A stretch of 64,000 nucleotides of DNA from an uncultured Chthonomonadaceae bacterium (GTDB lineage: Bacteria > Armatimonadota > Chthonomonadetes > Chthonomonadales > Chthonomonadaceae), in contig CAWIEK010000045.1 in assembly GCA_963835065.1 (NCBI GenBank), positions 32,001 through 96,000 on the forward strand, given 5' to 3'. This document shows, in pieces, positions 56,858 through 64,000 of this stretch (within the stretch, counting starts at the first letter, position 1; each line of letters opens with the position of its first letter). The notes beneath the pieces were generated by a model that did not search any database, was not told the DNA's origin, and saw only the letters and a program-made list of their open reading frames with translations. The translations under genes were made by a program, and so were the position numbers.

Positions 56858-56886
56858 TTGACAATCCGGCAAGGCTGTGGCATACT
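56858..56886 (+). promoter_or_regulatory. sigma70 promoter of the tRNA
   Basis: TTGACA-N17-CATACT with extended TG. Confidence 0.75.
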
Positions 56887-56897
56887 AAATGTGTTGA

Positions 56898-56974
<77 letters not shown>

Positions 56975-56979
56975 ATTAT

Positions 56980-57013
56980 AAGCCGTTCGGTCACTTGACC
57001 GAACGGCTTTTTT
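56980..57013 (+). terminator. intrinsic terminator
   Basis: aagccgttcggtca / tgaccgaacggctt + T tract. Confidence 0.85.
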
Positions 57014-58145
57014 CGTTCGCTAGAATCAGGCTTCGTTCTCGTTCAGTGTTGTGTTCGTCAACGTTCACGTTCAGTTCGGCTTCAATGCGTCGCGCTAAAT
57101 CGGTAACAAATTCGGCTACGCCGATAGGTGTGGCAACATTCCGCAGCGCGTATTCTACCGTCAACGCTTGCTTTTTGCGACACAGCAGCAGGCCAATGCT
57201 GGGCGCGTCGTGTTCATGCCGAAGCGTATCGTCCACAGCGGCAAGATAGAAGTTCATTTTGCCTACAAACTCCGGCTGAAACTCTGTCGCTTTCAGATCT
57301 ATCACGACGAAGCAGCGCAGACGCAGATGATAGAACAGCAGGTCCAGATAGTAGTCTTTGCCGTCTACTTCCAGCGGGTACTGGCTTCCCACAAACGCGA
57401 ACCCCACTCCCATTTCCAGCAGGAATAAGCGAATATGTTCCAGCAGGCCGCGCTCAATCTCGCGTTCGCGCGCATCATCGCCCAATGTCAGAAACTCGAA
57501 ATTGTACGGGTCTTTAAGCAAGGCTTGCGCCAAGTCGGACTGCGGCGGAGGCAGTGTACGGGCGAAATTGTTGATGGCTTTGCCCTGCCGCTCGTGCAGT
57601 CGGCTTTCGATCTGCATCTCCAGAATGTTCCGGCTCCAGCCGTGTTCAAATGCTGCCTGCGCATACCATTCACGGGTTGCCGCGTCTTTTACCTTTTCCA
57701 GCAGACTGACGTTATGCGCCCAGGGAATTTGCGCCACAGCTTGTGGCATAGCTTCGCCTGTCTGTTCCGCAGTCTGAGAAAGCATATCCTTTAATTGTCC
57801 CACCAGCGGTGGGACAATTTCAGAATGTGTTCTATAAGCCAGGTAGAAAGCCCGAATCCGGTAAAGATTGGTGCGTGAAAAGCCGGAAACACCGGGAAAT
57901 GCCGCCTGCAAATCCTTCGCCAACTGAGGCAGAACGCCGTCGCCCCACCCTTGCGCCGCCTGATGCGCCACAATTTCTTTGCCGAGGTTCCAGTAGAGTT
58001 CCAGCAGTTCCCGGTTGACCGCAAGACTTGCCTGCATTTGCGCTGAACGAATACGCTGCTTTACCTGTTCCAAAAACGTGCCGTAACCCGCAAATCGTTC
58101 CTGCACGTTGGCAGTTAGATCATTGTCCTGTTTTTGTGCAGACAT
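56991..58145 (-). CDS. DUF1016 / YhcG-like PD-(D/E)XK nuclease domain protein
   Basis: LYWNLG, GFSRTNL, LKDPYNFEFL, DLLFYH, GKMNFYL. Confidence 0.92.
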   Translation of the reverse strand: MSAQKQDNDLTANVQERFAGYGTFLEQVKQRIRSAQMQASLAVNRELLELYWNLGKEIVAHQAAQGWGDGVLPQLAKDLQAAFPGVSGFSRTNLYRIRAFYLAYRTHSEIVPPLVGQLKDMLSQTAEQTGEAMPQAVAQIPWAHNVSLLEKVKDAATREWYAQAAFEHGWSRNILEMQIESRLHERQGKAINNFARTLPPPQSDLAQALLKDPYNFEFLTLGDDAREREIERGLLEHIRLFLLEMGVGFAFVGSQYPLEVDGKDYYLDLLFYHLRLRCFVVIDLKATEFQPEFVGKMNFYLAAVDDTLRHEHDAPSIGLLLCRKKQALTVEYALRNVATPIGVAEFVTDLARRIEAELNVNVDEHNTERERSLILANEKSRSVK

Positions 58146-58215
58146 TTGCCTCCTTCACTTTGCGCGAATTCACTTTTAAGCAGAATTTAGCGCAATATTG
58201 GAGCAGGATTATTAC

Positions 58216-58752
58216 TCAATTATCTGGCGTCGCTTCCCCCAGAAGATGACGCGCCGAATACATCTGCCCCGTGTGATACGCGACGTGAAACGCCGCATAC
58301 GTCAAAAACGCGCGGTACGTGTAAAACGGCGGCCAGCCAGGCGGGTTGCTGTCCAGATCAGGAGCGAGCGCCTTGAAATGTGCCACCGCCTCGTGATGTA
58401 CGCGCAGCAATTCGCCGCACACCTGCGAGGCCGTCATTGCCCGATGCTCCTCCGAAGGCGGCGTTGCTACCGTTGTCGGATGATACCCGAACCGATGATC
58501 AATCAACAGACTGCTCACCCGGCACTTCGCCAGATCAGGCTGCAGCGAAATGCCGTTGGCTTCGGGACTCGCCTCCCCGCCCTCTCCCGCAAACCGCACC
58601 GCCTCCCAATAGGCAATGTGCCCCGCCAGTTCCCCTACGGAGAGAAGCCCCTCCGCAGGCCGTTTCCAGACGTTCGCGTCCGCCAGTCCCTTGAACGCCT
58701 CCTGGACCTCGTAATACCCCTCTTCCAAAATCGCCAGATAAGCCTCAACCAC
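58216..58752 (-). CDS. DinB family protein
   Basis: SVGELAGHIAYWE; HVAYHTGQM. Confidence 0.8.
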   Translation of the reverse strand: MVEAYLAILEEGYYEVQEAFKGLADANVWKRPAEGLLSVGELAGHIAYWEAVRFAGEGGEASPEANGISLQPDLAKCRVSSLLIDHRFGYHPTTVATPPSEEHRAMTASQVCGELLRVHHEAVAHFKALAPDLDSNPPGWPPFYTYRAFLTYAAFHVAYHTGQMYSARHLLGEATPDN

Positions 58753-58920
58753 CTTCTTGTTCCTTTCTTATGGAAAACGCAGTAAACCACTCCCTGTCCT
58801 CAATATGTTTGCGTTTGTGCTATGATAATTCCTGTGCAGGGTATGAGCGCGATGCCCTTGCGCTGAGATGTTCAACGAAATTCCACAGTGCGCGATTTCA
58901 AAACACAGGAGGACGCAACC

Positions 58921-59280
58921 ATGAAACATCTGTTCCACACTCTGCTCGCCGCCTCGGCTATCAGCCTGGGCAGCCTGACCCTCAGTCCGGTGTTCGCCCA
59001 GGACAAAATGCAGCCCCCTCATCCGCAGACCGGGAAAATGGCTCCGGGGAAGATGGCTTCCGACAAGATGGCTCCCGGCAAGAAGGATAACCGGGCTTCC
59101 GACGTTTACGTTTGCAAGCCCTGCAAGACCTATTATCCGTCTGCCTCCGCCAAGACGATGGGCTACAAAGACCCGATGGGCCATAAACTGGTACACGCGG
59201 ACAAAGCGCCCGTTGGGTACAAAAACGGCAGCAAAATGTCAATGGGTAAAATGCCGGGCAAAACGTCGGGCAAAATGTAA
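58921..59280 (+). CDS. small secreted Met/Lys-rich protein, possibly metal-binding
   Basis: AGGAGG SD; signal peptide; KMAPG repeats; YVCKPC...DPMGHKLV. Confidence 0.7.
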   Translation: MKHLFHTLLAASAISLGSLTLSPVFAQDKMQPPHPQTGKMAPGKMASDKMAPGKKDNRASDVYVCKPCKTYYPSASAKTMGYKDPMGHKLVHADKAPVGYKNGSKMSMGKMPGKTSGKM

Positions 59281-59327
59281 TTTCATCAACGCAACATGAC
59301 AAATCCGGTCACAAGCGCATGTTTGGT

Positions 59328-59360
59328 AAAGGTCCCGCCTCTGGCGGGACCTTTATATTT
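59328..59360 (+). terminator. intrinsic terminator
   Basis: aaaggtcccgcc / ggcgggaccttt. Confidence 0.8.
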
Positions 59361-59479
59361 TGTCTCTTTTCATCAGATAGCTTTCATAAGTCTACTCGCT
59401 GAGATAGAGCTTCACTTGTGCGCAGAATTTATCAAGGAGGTCTGATAAAATTTTACTGGCTGCGTGGGTTTTCACTGTC

Positions 59480-60892
59480 ATGCGCGTCTTAACAAATAGA
59501 ATGACGAACACAAGCGCACAAAATGAGAAGGCCTGTCAGGAGATTATCCTGGTACGCCGCGCCCAAACCGGCGATAGAGCCGCCTTTGACCGGTTGGCAC
59601 AACATTATCGCCCGCTGTTGTTCGCCCTGGCTTTCCTGCGAACCGGCCACAAGGAAGAGGCCGAAGACCTGGTGCAGGAAGCGCTGACAAAGGCATGGCT
59701 GAAACTGCCCACGCTTACGGATACGGCCCTGTTCCTGCCCTGGCTGAAATCCGTGACGGCCAATGCCTGCATCAGTTGGTATCGTCGCGTGGATAAATTT
59801 CCTCGTTCCCTGGAAGAAGACACGAAGGACACGTTACGAGCAAACAAAGGACTCCCCTTAGAAACGCTTCTGGAACGCGAAAGGCAATGGCGGTTGCAGC
59901 AAGCGTTATGGACGCTGCCGGAAGTCAATCGCCTCGCCTTAGTGATGCGTGTCTGGAAGGGAGCTTCCTACGAGGATATTGCCGCCTTTACGGGAGTTCC
60001 GGCTTCGACCGTAGATGGCCGCATTTATCGCGCAAAGCGACAGTTGCGCCGCCTGCTGCATGATGCCGGAGCTGAGTTTTTCGGGGAAGAACCTCGCCCC
60101 CGGCAGCCAAAGTCACATTTGAATGAATTTTCCCCACAACGGAGCAGCAAAATGACCATTCCAGAAACAACTGCCACTATTCCCCATTGGGAACAAGCCC
60201 TGGCGCTTACCTTGTTCACCCGTCGTTTCTCACTGATGCTGAATGCGGGCGTTACCCTCTCGCGGACGCTGGAACTTCTACAGGATATACCGGCTCCCTA
60301 CGGAGCAGCGGCTCGCGCATTGCGCACACAAGTGGAGGATGGAGCCTGTTTATCGCGGGTAATGTCGGAGCGCCCGGACCTGTTTTCTCAAATCTACATT
60401 GGCATGGTCCGGGCGGGCGAAGTAGGAGGCGTATTGGAAGAAACCGCGCAGAGGCTAAAGAAAGCATTGGCAAGAGAGTGGCATCTTGCCAGCCGACTCC
60501 CGCCTCAGGAAATATCGCTCTTTCTGTTGCTTCCCGCCGACAGGCCTTTGTCCGAGAAGTGGGATTCTATGTCTGCCTATCAACAAACGATGACCTTCAG
60601 CCTCTTCTTCGAGACTTTCGGAACACTGCTTCAGTCGGGCGTTCCAATTCTTCAGGCAATGGAAACTGTCGCCGAACTGTTGCCCCTAAACTCGCGCGAA
60701 GGCTGGATGCAGGCCCGTGAACAAGTAACAACAGGGTTGCCATTTGTGCCGACAATGGCGCGAATGGGTATTTTTCCGACATTCGCGCTGGAAATGCTTC
60801 GGGTAGGCGAGGAATGTGGTTCGCTGGACGCAATGCTGCATAGTTTGGCGGAAGCGTTCGAGGATGACCTGGAATATCAACTACTGCCATAG
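59480..60892 (+). CDS. ECF sigma-70 factor fused to two GspF/PilC-type domains
   Basis: AEDLVQEA, region 4 SYEDIA...TVDGRIYRAK; then LFTRRFSLMLNAGV...MVRAGEVGGVLE and LLQSGVPILQA...VGEECGSLDAML. Confidence 0.85.
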   Translation: MRVLTNRMTNTSAQNEKACQEIILVRRAQTGDRAAFDRLAQHYRPLLFALAFLRTGHKEEAEDLVQEALTKAWLKLPTLTDTALFLPWLKSVTANACISWYRRVDKFPRSLEEDTKDTLRANKGLPLETLLERERQWRLQQALWTLPEVNRLALVMRVWKGASYEDIAAFTGVPASTVDGRIYRAKRQLRRLLHDAGAEFFGEEPRPRQPKSHLNEFSPQRSSKMTIPETTATIPHWEQALALTLFTRRFSLMLNAGVTLSRTLELLQDIPAPYGAAARALRTQVEDGACLSRVMSERPDLFSQIYIGMVRAGEVGGVLEETAQRLKKALAREWHLASRLPPQEISLFLLLPADRPLSEKWDSMSAYQQTMTFSLFFETFGTLLQSGVPILQAMETVAELLPLNSREGWMQAREQVTTGLPFVPTMARMGIFPTFALEMLRVGEECGSLDAMLHSLAEAFEDDLEYQLLP

Positions 60893-60974
60893 CCTGTCTG
60901 ATTGATTCAGGAAGGAATTGGCGTGGCCGTGCAGAATTAAAGGAGTATCATCGAACTACTCAGGAGAGCATAGC

Positions 60975-61913
60975 ATGAAAACACGGGCTATCGGGGCGTT
61001 ACAGGCGACGGTTGTGGGCGTGGGATGCAACAACTTCGGCGGGCGGTTGGATGCGGACGCGACGGCGCAAGTGGTTCAGGCGGCGTTGGACGCGGGCATC
61101 AACTTCTTCGATACCGCCGACATTTATGGCGGCACAAAAAGCGAGGAGTTTCTTGGCCGCGCGTTGGGCAACAAGCGCGACGAGATTCTGATTGCTACGA
61201 AATTCGGCATCAAACTGGATGATGCGCGGCCAGGGGGCGCGGCTCCCGATTATATTGCGCAGGCGGTAGACGACAGCCTGCGCCGCCTGGGAACGGATCG
61301 CATTGACCTGTACCAATTGCACACGCCGGACAAGAACGTTCCCATTGCCGACACGCTGGCCGCGCTGGACAAAGCGGTACAAGCGGGCAAAGTGCGCGAA
61401 ATCGGCTGTTCCAACTTTTCCGCCGAACAACTGCGCGAGGCCGAAAGCGCGGCAAAAACGGGAGCGCGGTTTGTCAGCGTGCAGAACCATTACAGCCTGC
61501 TGCACCGCGAACCGGAAAACGACGGCGTACTGACGGAGTGCGAACATCTCCATCTCGCCATGCTGCCCTATTTTCCGCTTGCCAACGGCCTGCTGACCGG
61601 CAAGTACCGCAAGGGCCAGCCGCGCCCGGAAGGAACCCGGCTGTCGGGAGCCAACGCCGACAAGTGGCTGACCGAGCAAAACCTTGACATTGCCGAGGAA
61701 TTGCTTGCTTACGCCGAAGAACGCGGTCATTCCCTGCTGGAACTGGCGTTCGCGTGGCTTCTCGCGCAGCCTACCGTCGCTTCCGTCATTGCAGGCGCGA
61801 CCAAAGTAGAGCAAATCCACGCCAACGCCGCAGCCGCCGAGTGGCAACTCACACCGGAAGAACTTGCCGAAATCAACCGGATTGTAACTGCTCGTCTTGA
61901 ATCCGGTATATAA
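60975..61913 (+). CDS. aldo/keto reductase
   Basis: GINFFDTADIYG, SLRRLGTDRIDLYQLH, IGCSNF, PLANGLLTGKY. Confidence 0.95.
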   Translation: MKTRAIGALQATVVGVGCNNFGGRLDADATAQVVQAALDAGINFFDTADIYGGTKSEEFLGRALGNKRDEILIATKFGIKLDDARPGGAAPDYIAQAVDDSLRRLGTDRIDLYQLHTPDKNVPIADTLAALDKAVQAGKVREIGCSNFSAEQLREAESAAKTGARFVSVQNHYSLLHREPENDGVLTECEHLHLAMLPYFPLANGLLTGKYRKGQPRPEGTRLSGANADKWLTEQNLDIAEELLAYAEERGHSLLELAFAWLLAQPTVASVIAGATKVEQIHANAAAAEWQLTPEELAEINRIVTARLESGI

Positions 61914-62024
61914 AATACCGGATGTTAGGCCTGCGGCGAATTGTCCTGCGAACAGAGGATTGCGCAAAATTCAAGTAGTTTGTCACCCAAACACCCGACA
62001 CCTAACACCGAATACCCAATACCT

Positions 62025-62348
62025 ATGAATACTCCCACCGGCTTTTTCCACAATGTTTACTTCTGGCTGCGCGAGGCGGGTAATACCGCACAGGCCGAGC
62101 AACTGGCGCAGGGCTGCCGACAATTCCTGTCTTCCATTCCCGGCGTTTTGCGGCTGGAAGTGGGTTTTCCCGCAGGCACGGAACGCGAGGTTGTAGACAA
62201 TTCTTACGGCGTTGCGCTGCTTGTCGAGTTTGCGGATGCGGACGCCCATGATGTGTATCAGGAACATCCCGATCATTTGCGCTTCATTGCGGAGTGCAGC
62301 CCGCTGTGGTCACGAGTGCAGGTTTACGATACGAAAGTTACTCTATGA
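62025..62348 (+). CDS. Dabb family stress-responsive A/B barrel protein
   Basis: HNVYFWL, IPGV, YQEHPDH, VQVYD. Confidence 0.85.
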   Translation: MNTPTGFFHNVYFWLREAGNTAQAEQLAQGCRQFLSSIPGVLRLEVGFPAGTEREVVDNSYGVALLVEFADADAHDVYQEHPDHLRFIAECSPLWSRVQVYDTKVTL

Positions 62349-64000
62349 AACTTCCTTTTTCCTTTGTGTCCGGGCTGGTTTGCTGCGGTTTCGTGGCGGC
62401 GGTTCTGATGCCGTTTTCGCCCGTTTCCGCGCAGGGTACGCAGGCCGATTATGACCGCGCCAATCATCTGGATCGCTTGTTGGGCGGCAAAGTGGTTCAT
62501 GGCGCGGTTCGTCCCAACTGGATAGGCAACGGCAGCCGCTTCTGGTATCGCAGCGATCTGGCGGACGGCAAGCGCGAATTCGTTGTTGTGGATGCCGCCG
62601 CGTCCGTGAAGAAACCGGCATTCGATCACGTCCGCATGGCGCAGGCTTTGACGGCAACATTAGGCAAAGCTGTTACGGCGGAACGGCTGCCAATTGACAG
62701 CCTTGCGTTTGCGCCGGACAATGATACCCTTCGCGTTCAGGCAGGTGGGAAAACCTACGTCTGCGACCTGCAAACCTACGCGCTGCATCTGGAACCGAAA
62801 GCTATTACGCAAGCGAACGGCCTTGCGCCTGATGCCGGGCCGCGCGCTTCCCTGCGCACCGGCGATGAAACAACGCTTACCTTTCAGAACGACCTCAAGG
62901 AGAATATCGCGCTGTTCTGGCTGGACACGGACGGGCAGCGCAAGCCCTACGGAACTCTGAAACCGGGTGAGCGGCGCGACATGCACACGTATGCGGGGCA
63001 CGTCTGGCTTGTTGTGGACAGCAACGGCAAACCCCTGTCAAAATGGATTGGGGCAGATACGCCCGATGTCGCCGTTATCAACGGCCTCGCGCTGGCTTCC
63101 GCGCCGCGTCCGCGCCGACAAAGCGCCCGCCGTCAGGATGGCATTACTTCGCCCGACAGCAAATGGCGCGTTGTCTTCCGTGACAACAATGTCGTCCTCG
63201 TGGACGCGCAGAGTGGACAGGAAACGCGGCTTCACGCAAGGATGGAACGCCCGATGATCGCTATAATGACGGCCCGTACTGGTCGCCCGACTCGTCCCGA
63301 TTTCGTGGTAATGAAAACCGTTCCCGCGCAGGAGCATAAAGTCTATCTGGTGGAATCTTCTCCAAAAGATCAGGAACAGCCTAAAGTTCATATCAACGAC
63401 TATCTGAAACCCGGCGACCGTATCGCGCACCCGCGCCCGCACCTGTTTGACGTTGACCACGAAGCGCGATATTCCTATTGCCGATACCCTCTTTCCCAAC
63501 CCGTGGGAACTCAGCGACTTGCAATGGGAACCGGATTCATCGCGCTTTACCATCCTGTACAATCAGCGCGGGCATCAAGTGATGCGGCTTATTGGCGTAA
63601 ACGCGCAAACCGGCGAAGCGCGGGCGGTCATTGACGAGCAGGCGAAAACGTTTATTGACTGGACGAACAAGGTTTACCTGCACCGCCTGCCTCCAACCCA
63701 TGAAGCCGTCTGGATGTCGGAACGGGACGGCTGGAACCACCTGTATTTGTACGATACCGCAGCGGGAAGCGTGAAAAACCAGATTACGAAGGGCAATTGG
63801 GTTGTGCGCGGCGTGGATCGCGTGGACGACGCCAAACGGCAGATATGGTTTCGGGCGGGCGGGCTTGTGCCGGGTCAGAGACCCCTACTACGTTCATTTT
63901 TGCCGCATCAATTTCGATGGAACCGGCCTGACCGATCTTACTCCCGGCGATGGCACGCACACGATTGCCGCTTCGCCGGATGGCGCGTACCTGATTGACA
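62345..64000 (+). CDS. S9 dipeptidyl-peptidase IV-like protein (N-terminal part, several frameshifts, runs off window)
   Basis: Signal peptide; AFDH.R.A..L; VHL-like insert; YLKPGD; WMSERDGWNHLYL; QITKGNWVV across shifting frames. Confidence 0.8.

Overview
GC-rich bacterial window, probably Armatimonadota or similar (inferred from DUF1559 prepilin-like genes, PEP-CTERM proteins and ASPIC/UnbV). Most of it is ordinary: the ruvB 5' end, transporters, an M16 peptidase pair, lnt, dsbD, an initiator tRNA-Met and assorted enzymes. Several single-base frameshifts look like long-read errors. The standout is a minus-strand operon at about 16.0-20.65 kb: small Gly-terminated ubiquitin-like protein > ncRNA > ncRNA > TROVE/Ro60-like vWA protein > ncRNA > Cys-containing hypothetical (E2-like?) > ThiF/E1 > ERI-1-like DEDDh exonuclease. 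The three ncRNAs share one scaffold (closing stem + CCYRAC-N4-GAAGC-NUACAYACA ... GCUUUY-SRAACUU) but carry different cargo. One holds a circularly permuted tRNA-Lys(CUU)-like domain and one a tRNA-Ile(GAU)-like cloverleaf. The third holds a 23S rRNA mimic with both a sarcin-ricin loop sequence and the L11-binding GTPase-associated centre. This reads as a modular Y-RNA-like decoy system coupled to ubiquitin-like conjugation; I know of no description of it, and the function is inference. Other items: a duplicated 145-bp element behind ECF-type promoters, an XRE/PEP-CTERM island with a shared upstream motif, a small inverted-repeat element family, pervasive heptamer tandem repeats (one may phase-vary a gene), and an ECF sigma-GspF fusion.
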